This document shows positions 38,236 to 51,349 of a stretch of DNA of 64,000 bases, one piece after another (position 1 is the first letter of the stretch; every line of letters begins with the position of its first letter). The notes under the pieces were generated by a model, which did not search any database, was not told the DNA's origin, and worked only from the letters and a program-made list of their open reading frames with translations. The position numbers and the translations under genes are program-made. The stretch comes from Lama guanicoe (Eukaryota): positions 6,005,902-6,069,901 of the forward strand of contig MU053652.1 in the NCBI GenBank assembly GCA_013239625.1, written 5' to 3'.

Positions 38236-40085
38236 GAGACTTCTGGTTTCCAGTTCTGCATATAAGGAGCTTGAAGTCAGCACTCTACCCTAACAACAAG
38301 TAAAAAGCTGAACAGACTGAAAAATCAACATTGCTTCTGCAATCCGCAAGAAAGAGCAGGGCATAGGGTACAATGCAGACACAAACTGGCAAATACAGGC
38401 ATGCATGGGTCACAGGAGCAGAGACTCAGAGTGGGAAACTGCTGCAGGAACCAGCGCCAGAGTAGGAAAACCTGACCTGTTATTGATAAATTGCTGGAGG
38501 CTCAGTGTGGAAAACTCTGAGAGTTTAAAATGCTGGGGGGAGCCAGACATAGGGGAGATCATGCAATTTTGTTCAGTTTATCTCCGGGAGCTCAATCAGG
38601 TTTCCATAGTAAACATCAGAGAAAAAATTTCCTTATGCTTCTGGCCCAGGGAGTGGAAAAGGAATCATTCTCAAATATGCTAGCACACTCTTTTATTAAC
38701 AAGGCCTGCCCTCAGAGGAAGCTAGTTAATCAGAGTTAACCTCCTGGGGTTTTGGCTGAGCCTAACTGACCTGGGGCAGGGAAACATCTAACCCCAGCCC
38801 ACTGGAGCCATCATGCTCCACCTAAGGCAGCAGGAGAAAAAAAAAAATTGAAAAATTCTTGCGAAGTTCACAGTCCAGAGGCACAGACTCACTAAAAATA
38901 GTGAGGCCTGATCACAGGACTATAAAACACTTCCCCTCCCCCCACACCTCACCACCACATTGCTGAAGTCCTGTTTACAACAGTTCCTTTTATCTAATAC
39001 AAGAAAAAAATGACAAGCTGTACTGAAAGGCAAGAAACACAATATGAAGAGACAGAACAAGTATCAGGATGAGACACAGCAGGAATACCGGGAGTATCAG
39101 GCAGGGAATTTCAAACAACTCTGATTAATATGCAAAGGGCTCTAGTGGATAAAGCAAACAGAATGCAAGAACAGTTGGGAAATGTATAAAAGAGATGGTA
39201 ATCCTAAAAACTAATCGGTGAGAAATGGTGGAAATTAAAAAAAAAACTGTAACAGAAATGAATAATGCTTTTGACGGGTGCATTAGTAGACTGGAGACAG
39301 CAGAGGAAAGAATCTTTGAGTAGAGAAACATTCAAAACTGAAAAGCAAAGAGAACAGACATCGGCAAAAACAGAACAGACTATCCAAGGATTGTGGGGCA
39401 ACTACAAAATTGTAACACGTGCTTAAAGAGAAGGAAGAGAGAAAGGAACAGAAGAAATATTTGAAACAATAATGATGGAGATATTTCCCCAAATTAATAT
39501 CAGATTCGAAACCACAGGTCCAGAAAGCATAGAGAACACTAAGCAGACCAAATGCCAAAACAAACCAACAAACAAACAAACCAAAAAAACCCCTACTTTT
39601 AAGCATATCATTTTCAAACTACAGAAAATTAAAGATAAGTGAAAACTCTTCAGAGAATCCAGAGGGAAAACATCTTACCTATAGATGAACAAGGATAAGA
39701 ATTACATCCAACTTATCACCAGAAACCATGCAAGCGAGAGGAGAGGGGAGTGAAATATTTAACAAATTGAGAGGAAAAAACCTAGAATTCCGTACTTGGA
39801 GAAATTATCCTTTACAGGTAGAGAAATAAAGACTTTCTCAGACAGACAAAATTTGAGGGACTATGTCGCCAGTAGACCAGCCTTGCAAGAAATGTGAAAA
39901 GGAGTTATTTAAAAGGAAGAAAAATAATATGGGCTAAAAATTCAATTTATATAAAGGAAGAGCATTGAAGAAGTAATAAATGAAGGCAAAATGATAACTT
40001 TTATTTTTCTTATTCTTAATCTAAGTGATAAAGTTTGTTCAAAATAATGACAGTGACAGTGTATTCAATTTTGTATACTTGTATA
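38236..40085 (+). mobile_element. Old L1M 5'UTR plus degenerate ORF1
   Basis: Starts gagacttctggtttcc. The region ~39690-39900 encodes a decayed ORF1 C-terminus (RITS.LSPETMQAR...SEIF...PRI.Y..KLSF...IKTFSD.Q.LR). Confidence 0.8.
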
Positions 40086-40089
40086 CCTG

Positions 40090-40183
40090 TACTATGTGTA
40101 TATATATATATATATGTATATAGACACATAAGATATATACGTAAGCATGCATTTATATATATTGTATATATAAATGTATATAT
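40090..40183. repeat. (TA)n-rich tract
   Basis: Read directly. Confidence 0.8.
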
Positions 40184-42079
40184 GATTTTAGAGCTTAAGC
40201 CAACCAGAATTTACTTCATAGATTGGTGGATGTATTTTTTGTTTGGAGTTCAGAATAGCAGATGGTCAGTGTAAAAGGTTTTAAAGAGATCTAGGCTAGA
40301 GAAACTCTGACAAAGTGTTTCCATCGCTAACAGAGCACTGTAGCAGCATGATTCAAAATGAAATATAAATTGATGTTGACTATGCAGTCTTCTTTCAGTG
40401 ATAAAAGTAATAAAGAGGAAGTCAGTCAGTATGACATTTTATGGTGCATTTACACCAGTTTTCTTTCAAAATTGCTAATAGTGATAAGAGGATATATTGA
40501 TCCACACTAGAGAATGAAAATCCCTCTTGGTGAGAAGTGATGAAACACTGGGAGGACGTATTCCAGGACTATGTAGTTCCAGTTTTTAGGAGGTTGATAG
40601 AGTAAGAAGGGAACTAAAATTTAACTCAGGGCCTCTCTTCTCCTCATGAATCTTCCTCACATGTATACACCTGAAATAAGGAATACGGGAGCAGGAGAGA
40701 GGGAGAAGGGAACAAGAAAGGGGGAAAGGTGTGCAAGGAAGGTTGTTCTAGGACAGCTCCTCAATTTCAAAGATGACAGGATGCTAACAAGTGTGAGAAG
40801 TGAGAACAGACATACTGGTGAGAAGTCGAATCAGAGAGGTTTACTGCTGATTGCCTCTGGGCTCAAAAACTGCAGAAAATATATGTGTGCACATCTTTAT
40901 ATATATTCTTTTATGTCCACACTGAGGAAGAGACAGACAGAGGCAGACACAGAATATAAATACGCAGCCTTATACAGAGATCGATAAATATGCATAGATA
41001 TCAGAATATTTCTTTAACTCTCAGACATCAATCCGTCTTGTTCGTGTGATTAGAAAACAGACTAGCTTGATTCTATCCTAGTTTGAAATAGTATTTCTTC
41101 TTAGTTATGTATGCCAGTTAATTCTCACAAAACACATTTGCCCCCATAGCAGGCGGAATCCAATCATAAATATCTTTATCTTATTATCCTCACCACCCTC
41201 TAAAATAGTATCTCAGCCATTATTTGCACAAAAGACTATCTTAGGTTCCGATTAATTTTACTGATAGGTTACAACATTCTTTACATTTTTTTCTTCTGTC
41301 TAAGATGCCCTCTTCCGTTGAGTCCTTAGGCTCTAAGTGAGGCAATTGGGAAGATTTCATGTCCCACATTCCTTCAGCTGCCCTCTTACCGCTCGTATGC
41401 TCTGGTTATGTGTTAATAGTTTCCTGACATCTGAAATCACAGCCCCATTGAGCCACGTGGAGTGTTTTTATCTCAAAGGGATTCAACCTTAAATACAGAT
41501 GGGCTTGTCGGCATGGTCCCAATGACATTTTTATAATCCATAATGTTCTTCAGCAAGATGTGGTTAATGATCCTTCACACCATCCAACCAGAGAGCGCAG
41601 GGTTCCTGGCGGAAAAGCGTGCCCACATCCCAGCTTCTAGCCTCCTCAGCTCAAAGTTACTACTGTAGGAACTGGCTGATGGACACCTGGGTATTGCTAC
41701 GTTATTTATTTTATTATGATTGGTATTAATATTGTTGTCTCCTGCTTGTCTCCTTGTCTTGCTACTTTAATTGAGCCCAGTTTGACTTTTTGCTTTTGGA
41801 ATGCCATTCTCCCCAGGCTTGGAGGGAAAAGATTGCCCTCCTGTCAGTGTCTCCTCTTGCTTGGCTCTAACTCCAAAATTAGCTAGTCCTTCTGGAGAAT
41901 GACTTCCAGAAGGTTTATTGACCCCTGACAAATGTAATGAGACTATTCAGAAAACTATCGTGGAAAGTACAATGAAGACAAGATGTAAGCCTGTGGAATA
42001 CCTGTGACACATCGTCTCTAAGTCCCTTCAATTTGTCCCTTTACTCTTTTCAGATGATTCTTCTCTTGGCCTTTGGACC

Positions 42080-42900
42080 CTACACTGCTGGAAATAAGTT
42101 CAATAAATGGTTAATAAACATCCACTTTGTGTTAGGCACTGTGCCCTCTAATGTGAGGGTACATCCTTGCCACATACGGTTCATAGCATCTGAGGTAGGC
42201 GATGTCCTACATGGTCGGTAGATGTGCTTCTACACAAAATTAAATAGATACAATAAAGAGAGAGTCAAGCAAAGGGCTAAAGATATTTCCAAATGGCAGG
42301 AGAAAAAAAAAACTCCAAGAAGGTGACATTTGGGTAAGAACTTGAACGTAGATTAGAAAGTTGATAGCAGAGAAAAAGACAGATATGCATTTCAGGTTGT
42401 TCAAGAAACTTGAGCAATTTGGGGAGACTGGATGCTGTGCCTGGGCATTCTAGTGTGTGTCCTAAGGGGACAGTGTGGTTAGAGTAGATCATGCAGTGAG
42501 ATTTAGTGTCAAGTGAGATGGAAAAGGCAGTGAGGCCAGGGGAGTACAAAGTTGGGCGTGGGGGTGCTTACAATGCCAGCTAAACAAAACTGACCTCTGT
42601 CTGTCCTACTGGCCGTAAGGAGGCACCGGAGGGTTCTGAGTAATGTGATTCCACAAATATTCCAGAGCCATCGCTCTGCTTGATGGAGGACCACAGAGAC
42701 CAGTTAGAAAGCTCGTGTTAGGTCAGATTTCGAGGGGTACAGTCATGGGATTGGAAAGAAAAGAAAGATACATGGGACAATTTTCAGAAGTTGAAGACCA
42801 TACTTCGTGAAGTATGATGAATATCCAAGGAAAGAATGAGTATAGCTCCGGAGTGTCTAGACTGGGATGTTGCCAACTTATTCTGGACTAGACTAGAGCC
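42080..42900 (-). mobile_element. L2 element
   Basis: catccactttgtgttaggcactgtg...gaaggtgacatttgggtaagaacttgaa...gagaccagttagaaag. Confidence 0.65.
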
Positions 42901-43710
42901 TAGAAATATAGCAGAGAGGCAAGAGAGACCAAGTCATGAAGCAAGCAAATGTCACCCTGGGCACATGCTAGAAATCAATAGTTGACAATTCCCCTTTGAT
43001 CTTGCTGGTACCATTTATGACTCTGTATCTCGTTCTGTAATGCCTTCTGGCTGTCTCTCCATACTTACCCACCCAGGCTACTTTCCAGTACTCTGAACCT
43101 TCTCTCTGAAGAAACCTGCTTGTTCGTATGCGTCAAACCATCAGACTCTTGCACTGAGCTAATTAACAGATACAATTACCTGTGTTGATGTCTTAACAAG
43201 TTAGTGGGTTAACCTCCCAGAGCAATCTTGTTGCATTTTACACATAACCTTTTGCTTAATCTAAATAGTTATGCTAATAGTGGGAATTCTCTGCCTGGTG
43301 CTGGAGCAGTAGGAAGATTTCTGGCAGTGTCTGCGTCACCGAATGTGCATCTCTTCTGCTTTTTGGATGGAACTGCTCTATACAGAGCCATAACATGGGG
43401 AAAAGAAAGTATTGTTAAAATTACACAGTGATATTTAGGGACTCCAGGATTACAAAACCAAACCAAAAAAAAAAAAAATTTAACACCTGAGAAAAGTTTA
43501 TGTTCAAAATGTAAATGTATCATTTCTTTCAAAGCACGATATTAAACACACTCATGTTACAGAAAAAGAATCTGGTAAAAATGCTTTTATTTTATTTTTT
43601 ACAAAGTGTACTTCTCTCCTGAAAAAGTGTTGATTAAACCAAGGCTCAGGAGATAGGAGAAGCAGGGGGCTAATTTTATCACCGTTGACAATGACCTCTC
43701 TTTGTGGAGA

Positions 43711-43930
43711 CTCCCCATTTCTTTCACAGTTGCTTCCAGGTAAATTTGCATCATCAACCTTCAGGGGAATAATTGCTCATATTGGTACTTCTGTAATAAG
43801 AATCCTGTCCCCTCCTGCTGAAATGCAGCCACCTAAGGGGCAGATGGTAATGACCATTTGAAAGAGCGTGGACTGCAGTAAACAGATTAAGCGTAGAAGT
43901 GACACAGATTATGAGAGACTTTAGGGGACT
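43711..43930. repeat. Left arm of a 220-bp inverted repeat
   Basis: Reverse complement aligns without gaps to 44697-44916 with 15 mismatches (hand alignment). Confidence 0.97.
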
Positions 43931-44159
43931 TCGAGGCAGCTAGAACATTATTGCCCAAATTAAATTTGGCCTAAACCACAGGCTAATGCTTCTTTTCTAG
44001 CCACATGTTTCAGGGAGACATTAATGTTCTACGTTGTAATTTTCTATATAAGGGGAGACAGGCATTTTTGAGCAAAGCGAGGGTTTACAAGCCATTATTA
44101 TATTGGCTTTCTGGTTGCTTGGTATCTGGAAATGTCTGGAGTCCATATTTACTTGCTTG

Positions 44160-44285
44160 TGTGTTTAAAATTGTAGTAAAATATACATAACAAAATTGAT
44201 CATTTTAATCGTTTTTAGGTGAACAGTGGCATTAAGTACCTTTGCAGAACTGAGCAACCATCACCACCGTCCACCTCCATTAGAG
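44160..44285 (-). mobile_element. L1MA/MB 3'-end fragment inside the inverted-repeat spacer
   Basis: ttgtagtaaaatatacataacaaaatt..catttta...agtggcattaagtac...caaccatcaccac. Confidence 0.7.
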
Positions 44286-44696
44286 TCCTTATTTATTTTT
44301 GTTTCATAGTAATTTTTGTTTCTATGATTATGTATATTTACGGAACTGTGGTTTCCTTATTTTTTCTTTTCTTTTTCTTTTTTTTGGTTATCATAGCTTC
44401 TTTCTTCCCAGATTTTGTGACTGTTTCAAAAATAGATTTTCAATTCAAAATGTGTTTCTCTCAGGAAGAGAAATCATACGTTCCACTATTCTCAGTAGAA
44501 CTAACATCTCAATTTGAAAAACACAGGAATGCTTGGTTTCTCCAGGGCTGTGTTGCTAATGCCTTAACCAAAAAACAGTTATAATTATGACAATTCCGTA
44601 TCAACAGTATTGAGTTGACGTCCCCGTGCCTTACAGCAGCTTCAGAGGGGGCTACTTTAAGAGCAATTTGAATTATTCCAAATGTTTTAAAAATAC

Positions 44697-44916
44697 AGTC
44701 CCCTGAAGTCTCTCATAATCTGTGTCACTTCTACGCTTAATCTATTTACCGCAGTCCACGCTCTTTCAAGTGGTCGTTACCATCTGCCCCTAAGGTGGCT
44801 GCATTTCAGTGGGAGGGGACACGATTCCTATTACAGAAGTACCAACATGGACAGTTATTCCCCTGAAGGCTGATGATGCAAATTTACCTGGAAGCAACTG
44901 TGAAAGAAATGGGGAG
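44697..44916. repeat. Right arm of the 220-bp inverted repeat
   Basis: agtcccctgaagtctctcataatctgtgtcac...gaaagaaatggggag is the reverse complement of ctccccatttctttcac...ttaggggact. Confidence 0.97.
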
Positions 44917-45274
44917 CGAGTCGACTACTGCGGCGTTTCTTTGGGAAAAAACTTTGGAGGATGACCTAGCGTGTAGATGGAATTTGGAGCACCTCTTGAT
45001 CAGTTTTTCTATTCGTTTCAAACAGCACAATAAAAAAACCATCAACAAGCTATTTGGTGTCATGACCCCTTTGAATTTTAAAGTACTTGTTCTCTCCAGA
45101 ATGATGCATTTTCACAGGCTGTTTACTAACTACTACAGGTGGTGGGAGCATTTCTGGAAGCTCACTTATAGCCCCCTCAGGGGTCTGTGGAATTTGGATT
45201 AGCGATCAGTGATGTACAGATGCGGAGGCGAAAGCTTTCCTGATGATCTTGTAATAGTACATTGTTCAGTCTGT

Positions 45275-45430
45275 AGGCTCCTGCTACTCAGAGCGTGGTG
45301 TGCAGGTCAGGACGGCTGACATCACCGGGGAGCTTGTTAGAAATGGACACCTAGACTCCACCCCAGACCCACTGAGTTAGAATCTGCCTTTTAGAAATAT
45401 CCTGGGTGATCTGTGTCTACATTAAGCACT
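45275..45430. mobile_element. MER5A-like hAT-Charlie element
   Basis: catcaccggggagcttgttagaaatg...ccccagacccactgagttagaatctgc. Confidence 0.75.
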
Positions 45431-46557
45431 TCACACACATAGGCCAGAGGATAAATGTGTGTGCATGTGTATTTGCATCCTAGAATAATTCTTAAGGCTT
45501 TTTCATATTATATAGATATTAGTAGTAATTTATAGGTACTGCTATTTGGATGTATAAGTCCTAAAAGTTATTCACATCAGAATTTGAAATATTTGTGCAC
45601 TTTGATACAGCAAATCCAAATGAAGAAATTTTTTTTTAAAAACCAACTATTATATAAAGAAATAAATATGAGATTTTGGGGGGGGGCAATATTTTTATAT
45701 GACCCAATAATTGGTAATGGCATACAAGTATCCACAACAATGGGACTGGGTAAATAAAATTCAGTACTCATAGAAACAGAATAAATGCATAGCCAACAAA
45801 GTTGTATTGGTGATCTTTATGTATTAACATATAGAGTTTTCCATAATTGCTGTTAATTGAAAAAAGGCTTTTCATGCAGGCTTTAAACCTGCATCAATAG
45901 TATTATTAGATAGTATTACATGATTGGTTTTTTAATAGATAGCTGTAGACATAATGAGAAAAAACATAGCTCTGATAATGACCATGGTTGTCACTAAATG
46001 CTGGTGGGATGATGGAGATACTCTCTTCTCTCTTTTTTATTCTCTTCTCTTTCTTTTGCTTATCTCTACTTTCAAATTGTCTTTACAATGAACATGGATA
46101 TCTCTATAGTGAATATTTTATGGTAAAAAAGTAGAAACACTAGCTTTGTTCTCACACTAATATTCAGCTCTTTTCATCTCATATTCAATGAAATTCTGCT
46201 TCCTTCCATTTTTGATGATAAAGAGAGGACGAGTACATGAATTTGGTTTTGAAAGGGCAATGAATAGATGGAGCACATCTTCTTGGATATTGGCCCTTGG
46301 ATATGGTTTCCTTCTGTTGATACATAGGAGACTAGACTATGGACCAAGAAAACGTGAACATTAGTTTTTCCCCTTCCCCAGTGAGACAATCTGATTATTG
46401 GTTGTTGCCAGGCAACATTACAACTTATCCTTTAGATTTGGTACAACTGTTGCAATAATGCCATTTTCACGGAGAAAGTGAGGAACTTTCAAAACTCATA
46501 TGACAAAAGCTAAATATAATGGAAAATGAATAAAAGGGTATATCATTACAAAGGCAT

Positions 46558-46690
46558 TGAGTTTGAGATTTGCAAATCATAACCACTATATATAAAAAAT
46601 AAGTAAAAAAACAAATTTCTTTTATATAGCACAGGGAACTACATTCAATATCTTGTAATAACCTTTAGTGAAGAAGAATATGGAAATGAA

Positions 46691-46721
<31 letters not shown>

Positions 46722-46809
46722 GCATGACTGGGACATTATGCTGCACATGAGAAATTGACACATTTTAACTGACTATACTTAATTAAAAAAAAAGAAAAAA
46801 CGTTTTTTA
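46558..46809 (+). mobile_element. 5'-truncated young L1 3' end with internal (TA)n
   Basis: gagtttgagatttgcaaa...gcacagggaactacattcaatatcttgta...aaattgacaca...A-tail. TSD aaaggcat at 46550-46557 and 46810-46817. Confidence 0.85.
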
Positions 46810-47409
46810 AAAGGCATCCAATTTTTAAGATCTACTTTCCATTATTGTGATTTTGTTATTTTTTAACTTCCCATTTTGTATTTGAACTTAATTAGCATAT
46901 AAGAACAAGTTAATTAATTATGAGTTAACTAACAGATACAGATAGAATTTCTACAAGCTTTCCATTGACAGAAAAAAACTCAGAAATATGGCTTCTGATT
47001 TTGTTTTTCTTCAGAGAAAAGAGACTTGCAGAATCTTGCTGTCTAGCATATTATATACACTATTCTCCTAGGCTATTCTCAGGCCTAAAAAATACTAAAC
47101 ATATATTTTACATAAGTTTCTGAGGGTTTTTTAGTCATAAAGTTAAGTGCTTCTATAAACTTTCGAGAGCTCAATTTCTGAAGACATTTAAATCAGAAAG
47201 CATAAAACATTTAGCAATTTCAGAGGAATAAAAACCGAGCTTCATAAAAACTCCAAAGAATATTTTTGTTTTTATTCTTTCCAGACATTTGTTTTGGAAC
47301 ATTTAGAACTTCATGTTATGAATCAAAAAAAATTTTTTTGTAATGCTATCACCATTAACCTGGGATATCCAACTTTCTAAAAGAGGAATGTTTATGGTTT
47401 TGGTAGTGA

Positions 47410-47815
47410 ATTTTTTTAAACCACTTATTAAAGGTATAATTGACATCCAAAAAGCTATATGTATTTAGTGTGTATAACTTGATGAGTTTAGAGATATGTA
47501 CACTGCTGAAACCATCATCACTGTCAAGGCCATAAACTTAATCGTCGCCTCCAAAGTTTTCCTCCTGCCCCTTTTATTTATTTATTTTTTTGAAAATTTG
47601 TATGTGTGTGGTAAGAGCACTTATAGGAACTACCCTCTGAGCAGATTTTCAAGTATGCACTGCAGTGTTGTTAACTAAAGGCTGTGTGTTGTACAAAAGA
47701 TTCCTAGCATTTACTCAACTCGTGTAACTGAAACTTTGCACCCTTTGACCAACACCTTCCCGTTTCCTTCATCCCCCAACCCTTAATAACCACTATTCAA
47801 CTTTCTGGTTTTGTG
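47410..47815 (-). mobile_element. L1MA-type 3' end
   Basis: ggtataattgaca...gaaaccatcatcac...gtaactgaaactttgcaccctttgaccaac. Confidence 0.75.
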
Positions 47816-50569
47816 GCTTTATGATATACAAATGCTTCTGTGTATTTAGGAAATCTAATATTATTTCAGTAAAGCCACAAATTAATTAGTTAATCATCTT
47901 ATTATCACAGTGAGTGAACAACTTGTGGCTAAGCTGAGTGGCACGTCTGGAATGCCAGCAGGTGCACCTGTAGTCCCAGGGTCAGCCAGAGCTGTGCAAG
48001 CGATCAGCGTTCCTCTCTGTACATGAAACGGCAAACACACACGTCACACGTATTGTGTGTTTTGATATGATTCTTTACTTCCTGTGCTAATTCTAGTGAT
48101 AAGCCAGAGTTTGTGAGATTCATAAGAGGAAATAAAAAAGTAGATTCCTCCAAGTTTATCTGGTGTAAAATTTTATTTTTGAAAGAATATATCTGTAATG
48201 TAATGAAATTTTAGTTTCATTCACAGCAACAGATCATTGCATTAAAGCTTTGTTACGTTTGGGCTTCAAAGCTCAGAGTAAAGGGTTAGGTGGATTTAAT
48301 GCTTTTGATTAGCGCATTTTCATACTTTTGGTGGTGTTCAACAGATCAATTTCTCAATGAGCTAAATACGGAGTGAAATGCAAACATTTGTTATTAATCA
48401 CCAGTACGAACATAAATAGCTATAAGGCATTAACTCCTTCCAAATGGGAATTCATGTTGACAAAAACAAAATGTCAACTTGTTTAAATTTTTACACCCTT
48501 AATTGATTAAATCAGTGGGGGGAGGAAATGATAATTTTTAGTTAATTAATTTTTGGTCAAACAAAGCTATTGATTTATTCTACATTCATAGACATGGCCC
48601 TGAGGGATGGAGTCTATAATAATTATTAATAACGTTATTTTTTAAAAATATTATACCTTTTAATCCTCCAGCTACTTTATAATAAAGGTGATATTCACCT
48701 CATGCAGAAAAGGGAACATACACAGTGAGATTTTGTCAATGTCTAGAATCTGAGCTATGGCAGGATTGATTCCAAAGCCTTTGCTCTTTCTACCACTAGA
48801 CCCTTCTCCCTTTGGATAGATGATGTCTGATCCTGACCTTCATGTTCATTGTTTAACATTCCATCATTAAAAGTCAACATTAACATGACTGCTTTAAAGA
48901 AAGATAGAACCACTGAGATCTCACGGATCAACTTCAGTTAAGGATAACCTTATGTTTGTGCATATCCACCATGTCCAGCAGATAAGGAGGACTCAGGACT
49001 TATTGATGCTGTTGGTGATGATGTCAGTGGGGATGGTGATGAGGTACCATTGCCCTGGAGGAGCAGGAAGGCCAGTGGGGGAAGGTTGACAAGGGCCTGA
49101 TTCTAGTGTCTAGGAGGACTAGACTAGGTAAGAAATGCTTGAGCTTGTTGTCACTAGCAAATATGAGAGGCAAATCCCTATGTCGGTCTGAGTCAACACT
49201 GAGATTAAATAGACTGGGGCTGATTTTTAAAATACAAAGTTAACAAGGAAAGTGAGAAACTAAAATTCACAGCCTGTGGAATTAGGAAACCCCTTCAGCT
49301 GATGAATGAAAAGGAGGAAATAGGCAAAGCCTAGAGAAATTCCCCAGGTAGGGTCAGCTATTCTTCAGGATGTATTTTTTGTGGTGCTGTGGCCTGGGAT
49401 GTGGGAATGCCAGGAGCAATTAAAAAGAGAGACAGCTGATGATGGCCTGGGCATAGGACTAACTTTTTTATTTTCACAGATATATTTAGAACCACTTTAA
49501 AACATTTGTACTTGCTTTTAAATCCTTAATTAGTCTTTTAATCCAATGTGTTTCCATAAAACAGAACTTTAAATGGCAACAGGCCTTTCTCTAATGATCA
49601 TGGATACTATATCCACTTCTCTTTTAAAATGGAACCAAGAAATTTATTCTTAATTAAAACTAATTTCTATATAGCATTCCAGTATAAAACTATGATCAAT
49701 AATATACCAGGAAAAGTTCTATAGACATAGACTTAAAGTATATATCTTTGTCTTAAGATAACATTGTTATTCTTTCCTTTACTTGTAATACATGTACTAG
49801 AACATATGAGAAATTGATTGTTCTTTTGTAATTGACATAAAGCTAAACTAAACTAGTTGTAAAATGGAGACAAATCCCTGGTTAATATGGATACTTGATA
49901 TGTATCATACAGTTGTTAGAAGGAGGAAGTTATTTTAACACATATTATTTTTGGATATAAAGCTTAAGAATTCCTAATACCTTTTAGGAAAAACAATTTG
50001 CTTTTAGCTATTTAAAGGCCTTCAAATTTTAATGTTAAATTATTCAAGACTATCAGTGTCATGAACACTAATCTCAACCATTTGTTCTGGTACAAAGTTG
50101 TTTCCATTTTAACCAAAAAGACCTTGTCATTCAAGTGTTCCAAGTATTTGCAGACCCAGGACCAGAGTGTGTGGTATCAAGTTCTTCAGGAACGTCAGGG
50201 CCAGCTATCGTTAATTATTTAACATACATGTCCTTTTTTTTAGGTGCCAATATCTTTTAGACAAAAATACTGGAATACTATTGGGGGACTGTTCGGGGTT
50301 TTCTCAGCGATAAGCTACCTGACTGAGCTGAACTGAACTCGTTGGTGAATTGCAATTTTTTCTTTTTACAAAACCAGAGTAATCGAACTAGACTTTCCAA
50401 TGTTTTTTCTCAATTGTGCTGGGGAGACCATTGCTCTGAGAGCTGCCTCTGTCTACTAATATCTGTGTATTTTTAGCCATTGATATAAAGTGTGGTATTT
50501 ACCAAAAGATACCTTTATTTCTTTCTTCCAGGTCTTGTCTTTATTATATTTTAAAGAAAATACATTTTT

Positions 50570-51070
50570 TTGTTTCTTTTTAATTGAAGTATTGTTAATT
50601 TACAGTGGTCTGTTAGTTTTTGGTGTGCAGCATGGCGATTCAGTTATACATTTTTATATATACACATATATATTCTTTTCCATTATAGGTTATTACAAGA
50701 TATTGAATATAGTTCCTGTGCTATACAGTAGGACCTTGTTTATCTATTTTGTATGTGGTTGTTTGTATCTGCAAATCCCAAACACCTAATTTATCCCTCC
50801 CACCCACCCCCCATTCCCCTTTGGTAATCGTAAGTTTGTTTTCTATGTCTGTGAGTCTGTTTCAGTTTTGTAAATAAGTTCATTTGTGTCATTTTTTAGA
50901 TTCCACATATAAGTGGTATCATATGGTATTTGTCTTTCTCTTTAATACTACTCAGCCATAAAAAAGAATGAAATAATGCCATTTCCACAACATGGATGGA
51001 CCTAGAGGTTATCATACTAAGTGAAGTTAAGTCAGAAAGAGAAAGACAAATACCATATACTGCTTATATG
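50570..51070 (-). mobile_element. L1 3' end (minus) with an inverted segment (~50944-51070 plus)
   Basis: Poly-T followed by aattgaagta...ttacaagatattgaatatagttcctgtgctatacagtagg (laurasiatherian L1 3'UTR), then sense tactactcagccataaaaaagaatgaaataatgcc. Confidence 0.85.
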
Positions 51071-51214
51071 TTTCTTTGTTTTTTAATAAAACTAAGACAT
51101 TCATTGCAGGCAATAGATAAAATAATAAAGAAGAAAATGTAGATCAGTTTTCACTTCACTAACCAAAGATAAATTTTTTGGTGTTTATCTTTTAAAATAT
51201 GTACCTATATCCTA

Positions 51215-51215
<1 letters not shown>

Positions 51216-51250
<35 letters not shown>

Positions 51251-51253
51251 GTC
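51216..51253. repeat. Compound (GTCT)n(ATCT)n tetranucleotide microsatellite
   Basis: Read directly. Confidence 0.9.
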
Positions 51254-51349
51254 ATCAGCTACCATATGTCCATTATCCATCCATCTATCTCTCCATCTAT
51301 ATTACACATAACAGGATAAAATTAGGTAATGTTATATATTCATCTGTAA

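Noticed and set aside
43828..43843. CTCF-like motif gccacctaaggggcag in the inverted-repeat arm
   Set aside because: It needs a gap or several core mismatches to fit the consensus, so it is not supportable without a PWM scan.
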